64,000 nucleotides of DNA from Octopus bimaculoides (Eukaryota): the NCBI RefSeq assembly GCF_001194135.2, contig NC_068982.1:92757470-92821469 (forward strand). Direction: 5' to 3'. Shown here piece by piece: positions 38,180 through 49,020 of this stretch (the first letter of the stretch is position 1; each line of letters begins with the position of its first letter). The translations under genes and the position numbers were made by a program. The notes beneath the pieces are model-generated. The model did not search any database, was not told where the DNA came from, and saw only the letters and a program-made list of their open reading frames with translations.

Positions 38180-39230
38180 TTCCATACAAGCGATGCATTT
38201 ATGTCATTGTTGAACACAGTTCTTGAATCCTTTTTGAAAAATTTCAGGTGTGCACTATTATATCCATTTTTTTACAGCCATTTACTCATCGTCTGTGTCA
38301 TAAAATCGGTGTCTCTGAAACTATACTTTATTGAACCGAACATGTGGAAGTCTAAAGGTAATATATCCGGTTTTATTGGTGGACGGGGTATCACTGATCA
38401 GCCCAATTTACCAACTGCCCGATTTGTTGCTAAAGATGTGCATGGTCGTACATTGTCATGAGGAATGTGAACTGTTTTCAGATTCTTGTTCGGCCTCTTC
38501 CTCCTAATTAAGCTCTTTGAGTGTCACAGTATTACCGTTCACTGTTCACAGAGCAGCCACATTTAAAAAATTCAAGGAGAATAGAGCCTTTGTTACACAC
38601 CAAACATTCACCATGCCTTTCTGTACTGATCGTTGGTTCTTGAACTTATTAGGCATTGGAGAAGTGTAGCGCCATTCTATGGACTAAGCCTTCATTTCTG
38701 GATCATAAAGATACGGCCACATTTCGTCCCGTCACCAGATCGGAAATAAACGTGTCTTCTTTGGTTTCGAACGTTTTAGCAGATTAGAGCACCCTTCTGT
38801 CTTTCAAATGGTGTGTCACCTGCCAAGATACCCATTTTGCACATACTTTCCGATATTCAAAATCTGCCGCAATCTTCTGTAATGCAATGGGATCACAGTC
38901 CAGCTGAATAACACACTCACAGATTATGACTTATCTGTTCATGTGAATTAATTTGTTCACTCACTAGCGATTCGTACCAGTAACAACAGTTGATGGTCTT
39001 TCGCTGCGTGGTTTGTCTTCAAAGCTGCTTTTCCTTCTTTAAACTTCTTCATCCATCTGTGCACATTGTTCTTGTCATTGGCATCATTTCCATAAACAAC
39101 CTGTAGCTTTCTCCGTAGTTTTCTTCTCATGTCAGACTGCTCGCACCTTTCCTTCGTCAAGAACTCAATGACAGCACGTTGCTTCTGCTTGGGACCTATT
39201 ATTTGTCTGCAACGAAAAGGAACAGGAAGA
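38180..39230 (-). mobile_element. Decayed mariner (Mos1/Hsmar-like) transposon
   Basis: LQVVYGNDANDKNNVHRWMKKFKEG (HTH), LVTG, HDNVRP, PRPPIKPDILPLDFHMFG (degenerate HPPYSPDLAPSDFHLF); boundaries approximate. Confidence 0.82.
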
Positions 39231-39844
39231 AGACTTACTGTAAAAGAAGACTTAGTTTATCAACATGGGCAAATTAAACGACCTATGTCAGTTAATAATA
39301 ATAATCATAATTAAAGAAGATTACGCCCACACTTGCATAAATTTCGGAACGTTCTTCATTTGTAAAATATCGTCTAATCTAAGCCTGGGTTTGAAATTTA
39401 CCCACCGACAATTTCCAGACTTTAAACAAACTCCATGCTGTGAATTAACACTTTTATAGCGTGAATAGACTCTTCAATGCCAAGTTAATGCTTTATATCA
39501 TTTTATTCACTTCAACTATGAAAGAGAACACAGATCACAATGTTTAGACAAAGTTTGTTGCTTTTCAACGACAATATTTGTCAAATTGAAAAATAGCTCG
39601 ATAACTTGCAGGGATGATTTGAAATTCTGCTTCCCATGATACACTGCATGGAGATGAAGTATTTGATGATAGCCCTATCATTCAATGAAGAGATTCGTTA
39701 AACTTTTTCCAATGATTTGATTAAATACGCTGTCAGAAAATTTCTCTATTTTCCCCAAGAATGATTTGATTCTTCAAGCATACAAATTGGATTTCTGTCA
39801 TTTCTCTTTAGTTACATTACCAAACAATTCATTAGTGCATCATC

Positions 39845-39941
39845 GCCGCACCAGCACCAGCACCACCGCCGCCACCACTGCCACCACTGCCACCACTGCC
39901 ACCACCACCACCACCACCACTAGCCACGACCACAAGTCACC

Positions 39942-39972
<31 letters not shown>

Positions 39973-39979
39973 CTTCTTC

Positions 39980-40027
<48 letters not shown>
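39845..40027. repeat. Compound microsatellite (CCA)n-(CTT)n-(AAT)n
   Basis: Direct reading; the (AAT)n tract abuts the first R4/Dong fragment. Confidence 0.95.
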
Positions 40028-40028
<1 letters not shown>

Positions 40029-40865
40029 TCGACCAGTTAGCGAAAGTGTTACATTGGAAACTGCGAAAAGCGGGGGCTAGAAAGAGGCAAACCGTGATAT
40101 GAGCATAAACCGCAGAGAGTGGCAGAGTTGGAGACTAGCAAAATCCTCTGGGATTTCCCAATCCAAACAGATCAGCTGTTAGAGCATAACAGACCGGACC
40201 TAGTGGTGGTGAGCAAGGTGCACCACACATATACTATATAGCTGATGTTGCATATTCCATTGATCCACAAATAGTCAAGAAGGAAGACGAAAAGAAAGAT
40301 AGATAGAACCCTCTTAAGTACGAAATAGCCCGGTATAAAGATTTCAATTCCCATCCCCCTATTTCAAGCCACCTCCCTTTAATCTAAAATAGATTTCAAA
40401 TTACCGGGGGTGGGGGTGGGAAGGTAGTCTGAAACCGATTTCAAATTACCCCCACTTTGTTCACATTACCCCCTCAATGATATTTCTAAAATGATAAATT
40501 CTAAGACTTACTACTCCTGATATTTTTATAACATTAACCACAGATTACGTTCAAGATTGTAAACTAATCTTAAAATATGAAAATAAGACAAAAATATCAG
40601 ATTTTTTAAAACACTTTTATGATGCGCCGAAAAAAAACCATATCGACTATCCTTTTTGGATTTTTTATTAAATAAAAACATTTTATTATTTTTTGTTCTT
40701 TATGAGAAAGTGATTTGGATTAGAGNNNNNNNNNNNNNNNNNNNNNNNNNNNNNNNNNNNNNNNNNNNNNNNNNNNNNNNNNNNNNNNNNNNNNNNNNNN
40801 NNNNNNNNNNNNNNNNNNNNNNNNNNNNNNNNNNNNNNNNNNNNNNNNNNNNNNNNNNNNNNNNT

Positions 40866-41265
40866 ATAGAGAGAGTCTCAAGAAAGTGTCGTTTGGTCAA
40901 AGCACCTTACCGCAGAGAAGAAACTTTAACTGAGCTGATATAAAGGTGGATTTTACCTGTGTCTCACGCAGTCAGTGATGGATAGCAAGCATATAAATAA
41001 CATCGGTATCCTCATTGGTGGTGCCTACACGCACGAAGTGATTATACGCCAATAACATTTTGTTGATCCTCATGATCAAGACGTCCACATACAAAATGTG
41101 GAAAATATGTGGATGCGGGTGAAACGGAAGTTCAGACGACAGTTTGGGACATCGGACGAATTGTTTGTTTCGTATCTGCATGAGTTTCTCTGGCATAATT
41201 CCACTGAGAAAAAGAAGACATTTGTTCACTTTCTGGCGGCGATCGCCAGTCTTAATGCTGTATAA
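40866..41265 (+). pseudogene. Merlin/IS1595-type DDE transposase C-terminal fragment
   Basis: RKCRLVKAPYRREETLTELI...VSDG*QAY...HFVDPHDQDVHIQNVENMWMRVKRK...G...YLHEFLWH matches DDE_Tnp_IS1595 motifs (SD.W..Y, FVDP, H.Q..E..W, YL.EF.W). Confidence 0.85.
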
Positions 41266-41579
41266 AAAGTAAGCTGTTTCTTTTACTACTTATCTCCCCT
41301 TAATTTTATTCACTTTTTTAATATAATTAAACTGAACAATTACCGGATTAGAATACGTTTTTCCAATAGATATGTAGCAGATGGGTATTGTTTATAGTGG
41401 ACTGAGTTGAGTTGACAATGTAACGATAAGAGATTGATTTGAAGAACGATATGTATTTTATATACAAAGCGAAATTTATATATACACTTTAAATTGATAA
41501 CGAAATGTATTTATATACATCAAAACATCACTGCAGTTTTTTTAAAGTTTGGAGCTTGGGTATCTTGATTTTCGTAATT

Positions 41580-41840
41580 TGTTTTACTTGCTGGTGGTTG
41601 CTCAATATATCGAGTGAGTTTGGTAGCATTTCTTTTCTTTTCTAGTACTTTATTGTTATTTGAAAGTCGATCGGTATTTTTGCCACAAACTTCTGCAACA
41701 GTGTAACGACTTTTGCGGCGTTCCGTAAAATCTCCTCCCTTTTGTCTTCTCTAATCAGATTTTTGAGCAGAACTTTATTTCCAATACTGAACTGCTGTTG
41801 CTCGTGTTTTCTATCGTATAACGGACTGAGCTATTCTAAT
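41580..41840 (-). pseudogene. Ginger/Gypsy-type integrase C-terminal (GPY/F-like) fragment
   Basis: YDRKHEQQQFSIGNKVLLKNLIRED-(fs)-KGGDFTERRKSRYTVAEVCGKNTDRLSNNNKVLEKKRNATKLTRY. Confidence 0.7.
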
Positions 41841-42571
41841 ATACTAAAAGTAGCCATTCTGGATATGCTTCTTTCAAATTTCTTCAGCTTTAAGTAACTA
41901 AGTGAAACTCCAACTAAATGAAAGCTCTGAATTTCTCTTTCATTTACAAATGTACATTACTCATGCACACACATAATAAACATCAACACATACATTGATG
42001 CAAACTTGTATTATTAATTATACTTTTTGGTAATTATATTTGTACATTACGAAAGAAAAATGATGACGATGATGATGATAATAATAAATATAATGATTCT
42101 CCTGTTTGCTATCACGGTGACGAACATTTGGGGAAAGATTTTAGGTGGGGGTAATCTGAAATCGTAGGGGGTAACTTGAAATCGATTTCAAGTTACTCCC
42201 TGGGATAATCTGAAAGCGATTTCAAGTTGCCAGGGTGGGTGGGGATAATATGAGTGGGAGGTAATATGAAATCGCTATACTGGCTATGGAACATGAAGAA
42301 GGTGAAGATAGTGCCAATTATTGTTTGGTCTTTGGGAAAAGTATCAGAAGGCATCAAGAGGAATATAAAGGAAATTGGAATAGAATGCTCAGTAGATCTG
42401 TTACAAAAAGTTTGCCTCCTTGGCATGACCAGAATAATCAGGAAAGTATTAGATAGCCGAAAAGAATGGAAAGCATGGTACCGTAGGCTGCAAGCAGTAA
42501 GCCCGCTACGCATACAAGACTCCAGGAGCTCTAACAAAATCTGTGACAAAGAGATAATGATAATAATAATG

Positions 42572-42609
<38 letters not shown>

Positions 42610-42611
<2 letters not shown>

Positions 42612-45160
42612 CAACAACAACCAGGAGAAGAAAGTGGATGACAGAATTGGAGATAGAAGAGATCTCAAGAGAAATGAAAAAGAAAGACCAGGTAGTCGAA
42701 AGACAAACAACAACATAAGTGATACATCTCAAACCAAAGAAGAATCTAAAGGAAAAAAAATAACAATAGCGCTACCAATAAGGAAGGGACAACTGTCACC
42801 AACGACTTAAGTGATTTAAGTGAGGAAGATCAGAAGATTTTAGATGAGTTGCAGGAAGTAATGAGTAAAGAAGTAAGAAAAAGATTGCCAGCATTAAAAG
42901 ACACCAACAGGAAGAAGCTGCTAGAAATGACAAGGAAAGTAGATTCTGTTATCAGTAGGATAGATACTAAAAATATAGGAGACACTAACTTATTGATCTA
43001 TGCAGGAGGGGTAGTAGACACATGCAAATTAGATGTCTCACAAGGAAAGATTAGAAAAGAGTAAATGTGGAAAAGGAGACTACAAAATAAAGTGAAGTCT
43101 TTAAGACAAGATCTGAGTAGAGTAGAAACATGGAAAAGAAAGAAGTTAGGAAACAGAAGATGCAAATTTTGCCTCGAGGAAAGATACTTAGTCAGAGAGA
43201 AAGTATTTGGTACATTAATAGAAGAGTTGAAACAGCGTATTATAGCAGTAGCAGGCAAGCTCTCCAGATATTAGAGAAGAATAGATCAGTTTCAACACAA
43301 TAAATTATTTGAGACAAGCCAGAGGAGATTTTATAACCAAATAAATAGTGGAAAACGAAATACTGAAGATGAGAAACCTAATGCAGAGGACGCTAGAAAG
43401 TTCTGGAATAATGTTTGGGATAAACCAGTCAATCATAATGGAGATGCAGTATGGTAAAAGAAAGTGAGGGGAAAAGTAATGAGTGGGAAGCAGCCAGATC
43501 TAAGATTAACTAGTGCATTAATGAGTAAAGTGTTAGGAAAAATGCCGAAATGGAAGAGCCCTAGGGCCAGATTTAGTTCAAGGGCACTGGCTAAAGAAAT
43601 TCAGTAGTTTACATGGGAGGCTGAGGGAACAACTTCAGGATTGCCTTAATGGAGGAATTTTACCAAATTGGATGACTAAAGGGAGGACAATACTCATTAT
43701 GAAAAATAAAGCAAGGGTAATACAGCTAGCAGCTATAGCCCAATCACTTGCTTACCATTAGTGAGGAAGCTGTTAACAGGAATGCTTTCAGAAAGCATTA
43801 ACGAGTACCTTGACAACCAGAATTTACTACCAGAAGAACAGAAAGGTTGCAGGAAGAAGGCTAGAGGAACGGCCAGACATTAGAATCATTGAAAGGAGGA
43901 GAGAGTTATAAATATCTAGGAGTATTAGAATCTGACAGAGTACTAACTATTGAAATGAAAACGAAAATTGAGAAGGAGTACATCAAAAGGGTGAGGAAGC
44001 TAAATGGTTTGAATATAGTGAAGGGTATAAATACTTGGGCAGTATCATTACTCAGATACCAAGAAGCTTTTGTAGATTGGTCAAAAACTGAATCAGCAAA
44101 GCTAGACAGAAAAGCTAGGAAGGAATTCAATAGGAATGGAGGACTCCACCCAAGATTATACCTACCGAGAAAGGAAGGTGGAAGATGGTTAATATCAGTA
44201 GAAGACTGCGTGGAGTTAGCTAGAGTAGATATAAACTCTTATGTAGGTAATAATGAAGAAAGTTCATTAAAAGCTTCTAGAGTTACAGCAAGACATAGGA
44301 AACCAAAGCACCAAAAAAAAAAAAAACAGAAAAAGGAACAGAAATTATCTGACTGGCAGGAGAATGTGTTGCATGGTAGATTTCCAAAGATAGTTTCAGC
44401 AAACAGTAGTAGTGAGACATGGTTATGGCTACAGAGATGAAAGCTGAAGAGAGAGACAGAAAGTAGCTGTACAAGATCAAACATTAAGGAATAATTAAAT
44501 ACAAGCCAAGATAGACAAAAACCAAGCAGATCCCCAATGTAGATCATGCAAACCAAAAGATGAAAGCAATCCTCATATAGTAAGTGAATGTAGCATGCTG
44601 GCAAAGAAAGAATACAAGAAAAGACATGACAATCTACGGAGAGCAATCCACTGGGAGCTATGTAAAAAGCTAGGATTTGAACATTCTGATAAATGGTATG
44701 AACATGAACCTAGTAAAGTACTAGGAAGTAAGAAATAGAAGATTTTGTGGGACTTTAACATTCAGACTGACAGAGTAATAGAAGCTAGAAGGCCTGATTT
44801 GGTAGTAGTAGATAAAGAGAATAGAAAGTGTCAGATAATAAACTTTACAGTCCCAAAAATTAATATGAGAAGTATAGAAAAAATAACAAAGTACTAGGAC
44901 ATAGCTATTGAATTAGAGAGATTATGGAAAGTGCGGGTAAAATGTATCCCAGTAGTTATAGGTACATTGGGAACTATCCTTAAAGATCTGAACAGATGGA
45001 TAGAGGAAGAAAGCGTAAAACCCTGTTTAGCACAGTTGCAGAAAACAGTGGTATTAGGGACAGCTAGGATACTTAGGAGGGTTCTTGGCATCTAAGGCTA
45101 CATGTGGCCCGATGTTAGGATTCCTTTCTTTTCCAACAGTCTAATCTGTTGAATGTATAT
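42610..45160 (+). mobile_element. R4/Dong-type retrotransposon B (long, RT core deleted)
   Basis: LIYAG, FWNNVW, PITCLPL, PEEQKG, then a jump near 43870 to YKYLGVLE; EGGRWLISVED, RRPDLVVVD, PVVIGTLG, RILRRVL; bounded by (AAT)n/(AAC)n. Confidence 0.9.
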
Positions 45161-45199
45161 GAATAATAATGATAATGAAAATAATAATAATAATAAGAA

Positions 45200-46225
45200 G
45201 AAAGGGGGTAAAGATGGACGTGGCCTGATAAGCGTACAAGAGGGCATCGACACTGAAAGAAGAAACTCGACAAAGTATTTAGCAAGCAGGGAACAAGACC
45301 TGCTACAGTATGCTATTAATGCAGAAGGATTTACCAACAATAGAGTTGAGAGTGTTAATGAATTCCAATCGCGAATTACCAATGAGAGACAAGAAACACT
45401 CCACCATATGGAATTACATGGTCATTTCCATTGCGAAACTTACATCTTGAAAAACCAGAAAGCATCATGGATCTGGCTCAGCAAAGGTGACCTTGAAAGG
45501 AGGACTGAAAACTTAATCATCACTGCCTAGGACCAGGCATTGGATACCAACTCAGTGAAAAGGGATCCATACCACACAGGTGTAACGAACCTCAGCAGAA
45601 TGAGTGAGAAGGCTGAAAGTGTGACTCACACCGTTAGCACTTGTGAAAGTATTGCGTAGAATGAGTATTAGCGCAGACACGACAAAGTAGCCCTAAATGT
45701 TCATTGGCTACTGTGCCGGAAGTATGGATCTGAGGTAATTGGCACTTGATACCAACATACACCAGAAAAGGTAATGAACAAAAACGGGACTTTGACGTCA
45801 AGACAGATAAAGTGTTAGAGTACCGAAGGCCGGATATAATATCCTTTAAGAAGGACAAGCAAGGGTGCCTAATATTTGACGTGGCAGTGCCATGAGATCA
45901 ACCTATTGTCATGAAAGAAAGAGAAAAGATCAACAAGTATGCAGTCCTGAAAACTGAGATCACCAAAATATAGCAGCAGTAAGAGTCAATTGCAAAGGTT
46001 GTTCCTGCTGTCATTGCAGCATTGGGTTCAATACCAGCCGACTTCCAGAAACAACTGGACACTTTAGAAATACCCTACAATATTGGTATTCCCCAAAATC
46101 GACTTTACTTGGAACGGTATACATACTGCGTAAAGTGCTGTCCTTGTAACTTGACAGACAGTATCTTCAATCTACACAGTATCATCACTCTACATCACAA
46201 TACTGGATACTGTGCGATGTCTTCA
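45200..46225 (+). mobile_element. R4/Dong-type retrotransposon C (3' part, different family)
   Basis: GRGLISVQE, WLSKGDL, RRHDKVALNVHW, RRPDII, DVAVP, LLGTVYILRKVL; ends in AATAATAAT. Confidence 0.85.
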
Positions 46226-46234
46226 ATAATAATA

Positions 46235-47925
46235 GCAGAAAACATGAGAAGCCTTATATAGAACAGTATGAAATGCTGGAGAACTGAATTGATAGCTGGG
46301 AATCAGGTATTTGAAGAAATGAAAATCAAGAGAGGAATCTTTCAGTGGTACAGTGCATCCCCACTGATCTTTGTGCTGTGAATAATTGTCTTGAGTGAAA
46401 TACTACAGAAGACAAAATCGGGATATGATCTTGGAAGCGGTTAGGGAAAATTGAACCACTTGTTATTCATGGACGACTTGAAGTTGTTCACAAGAAACGG
46501 GGCAGAACTGGACAGCCTAGTCCAGTCTGTGCGGATTTTCTCCAATGATATTAAGAGTTTGAACTCTCAAAGTGTGCTACAATGGTTATGAGACGAAGAA
46601 AGCTTGTCAGGACAAAAGGTATATGTATGCCAAGTGGTGAAATGACGAAGGCAATTAAACCTGAATCCATTATAAATACCTGAGAATATTTGAAGTAGAT
46701 GGAATTAAACACAACGATATGAAAGAAAAAAACAAAGAAAGCGTATCTGCGGCGAGTGAGAAAAATATTGGCGTCAAAGCTGAATGTCAGAAAATTTCGG
46801 CAATAAACTTGCGCGCAGCTGCAGTAGTTCGATATGGCGCTGAAATCCTGAAGTGGACTGAGGAGGGGCTAAAGGAGTTGGACAGGAAGACAAGAAAGCC
46901 CCTAACGATGCATATAGCTCATTATCCACGTATTGACACTGCTCGCCTATACATGAAAAGAGCAGATGGAGGAAGAGGACTGGTAAGAGTGGAAGACTGT
47001 GTACGTATCGAACTCGGGAGCTTAACGAGGTACCTATCCAAAAGTAAGGAAACCTTGCTAGTGTCAGTTAGGAATGAGGAAATTGTGAAAGCAGACGAAA
47101 AGGGAAAAACAAAGGAAGACGTGCAAAAAAGACATGAAGAAGCATTATGCAACAAGGGACTACACAATCAGCTCTATGCAGTTGCTGGAAAACATAGGTG
47201 GGATTGACTGAAGAAAGGAACACTGGAAAAAATAACCGAGAGCACTATACTGGCAGTGCAAGACCAAACTTTGACTACGAATTGGAAGGTCAATGCTGTG
47301 CTGCATCTGTAACAGAGTGGATGAAACCATTGCTCATATTGCGAACGAATGCAAAACTGCTAAAAGCTGTGGCGAAACGATAAGGTAGCGGAAGTGCTAC
47401 ATTGGAAACTGCGAAAAGAGGGGGCTAGAGAGGAGTAAGACGTGGTATGAGAACAAACCGCAGAGTGTGGCTAAGTCGTAGATTTGCAAAATCCTCTAGG
47501 ATTTCCCAATCCAAACAAATCAGCTACTAGAGCATAACAGACCGGACCTGGTGGTGATGGACAAGAGGCACACATGCTATACAGTTGATGTTGCATGCTC
47601 CTTTGACCTACGAATAGTCAAGAAGGAAGGCGAAAAGATAGGTAAATACAATCCTCTTAAGTACGAAATAGTACAGCTATGGAAAATGAAGAAGGACAAG
47701 ATAATGTCAATTATTGTTTGATCCTTGGGGACAGTACCAGAAGGAATCAAGCAGAATATAAAGGAACTGTTACAAAAGGTTTGCTTCCTTGGCACGGCCA
47801 GAATAATCAGGAAAGTATTAGATAGTTGGAAAGAACAGATAGCATGGCACCATAGGCTGCAGGTAGCAAACCTACTACACATGTAAGACTCGGGTGTTAC
47901 AGCAAAATCTGTGATAAAAAGAATA
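46235..47925 (+). mobile_element. R4/Dong-type retrotransposon D (RT C-half plus RLE; same family as A)
   Basis: FMDDLKLF at 46466, GGRGLVRVED, NRPDLVV, LLQKVCFLGTARIIRKVLD; 3' UTR shared with A; ends in (AAT)n. Confidence 0.88.
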
Positions 47926-47939
47926 ATAATAATAACAAC

Positions 47940-48075
47940 ACTCACTCTTTGGAAGTGCTAGAATACTAGAAAAGTGCTTGACAATTGAAGGTGCCACCTC
48001 AGTCTGCTGGTTGTTGTCAGCAGGCACCCGTATTACACCACCAGCAACGAATACTGTGCGACAAGCGAAATAATG
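47940..48075 (+). mobile_element. R4/Dong-type retrotransposon E (extreme 3' end only)
   Basis: LFGSARILEKCL resembles the 'LLG.A.IL..VL' C-terminus; followed by AATAATGATAAT. Confidence 0.55.
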
Positions 48076-48529
48076 ATAATAATTGTTTCTAATTTAAACA
48101 TATGACCTATAACTTTCAGTGGTGAGGGTAGTCGTTTATTTAGACAACAGTAATTCATTGATACTTTATTCTATCGGAAGGTTGATAAGGCAAAGTTGAG
48201 CTCGGTGGGATTTGAACTTAGGCATTTAATGATATTCATAATCAATATCACTAAATACCCTCTATTTCTCTAATTTTTTTCATGTTCTTACTCTTGTTGA
48301 CTAAATTAGAATATGTTTCTCTGAGAAGATCTAAAAAGAGCGCAGCTTGTATTTTGGTTTCACTAAATCAGATCCATTTGAACAAGTAACGTGTTTTTTG
48401 TTTACAAATTTCCACCGAGTGATTTTAATTGAGTTATCTTTCTTGCTTGTCTTTAGATATGAATCATCCAAAGTGGAAAATTTTGTTTACGAATTAGTTG
48501 GATAATCTCAGTTGAAATTAGATAGCGGC

Positions 48530-48685
48530 GACGAACTAGCAGATCAGTAGAGTAGGGAGAGAATGCTCTGTGGCATTTAGTTTGGTTCTCTTCGCTCTAA
48601 TTTTAAATCTTACAGAGGTCAAATTTGTTTTTCACCCTTTCGGGGCCAATAAAGAATGTACCAGTCCAAGGAAGTGGATTGGTGG
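48530..48685 (+). mobile_element. SINE family A (diverged)
   Basis: GCGGCGACGAACTAGCAGA...TTTCACCCTTTCGGGGCCAATAAAGAATGTACCAGT. Confidence 0.6.
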
Positions 48686-48884
48686 AACTGTTAGAGGGTT
48701 AGACAAGATGTCTTGCAATATTTTTTCAGGTACTTTTCATTCTGACAGCAATGCCTATAACGACATTGATAGCAAACTGAATCAATTCAAGTTGGCAGTC
48801 TTTCTCTTGGATAATCGTTAGTGTCGTGGAGAAGGAGTACTTCCATGAATTAGCAACTGCTAATTTTCGTAAAAAAAGTCTTGC

Positions 48885-49020
48885 TCAGGTCTGCGCATGC
48901 ATAGTCAACGTTGACTGACGGAGATCCTCTAAAACACTGCATTTAAGAAGCCTACTATATTCAAGTTGTATATGATTATGTATATCGAGTTTCTTGGGAA
49001 ATGTTGATTGTTCGAAGGTA
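48885..49020 (+). promoter_or_regulatory. Possible promoter / first non-coding exon
   Basis: TGCGCATGCA (NRF1-like) in repeat-free DNA; possible GAAG|GTATTC donor near 49017. Motif evidence only. Confidence 0.25.

Larger units (their letters stand above)
40334..42279. mobile_element. TIR DNA element inserted at CCGG (Ginger1-like boundaries)
   Basis: Ends TATAAAGATTTCA... / ...TGAAATCGCTATA; flanked by CCGG (40330-40333) and CTGG (42280-42283); subterminal arrays of GATTTCAA.TTACCCC in inverted orientation. Confidence 0.75.
40030..42552 (+). mobile_element. R4/Dong-type retrotransposon A (RLE domain and 3' UTR), split by a TIR element
   Basis: KILWDFPIQTDQLLEHNRPDLVVV...DVA...D...K.E.EK...PLKYEIAR | LWNMKKVKIVPIIV...LLQKVCLLG...RKVLD; the frame rejoins across 40334-42279; ends in (ATA)n. 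Confidence 0.88.

Noticed and set aside
42193-42732. ORFs with poly-Ile/Leu stretches resembling membrane proteins (also 39766-40080, 32449-32772)
   Set aside because: Translations of (AAT)n, (CTT)n and (TA)n microsatellites joined to transposon fragments.
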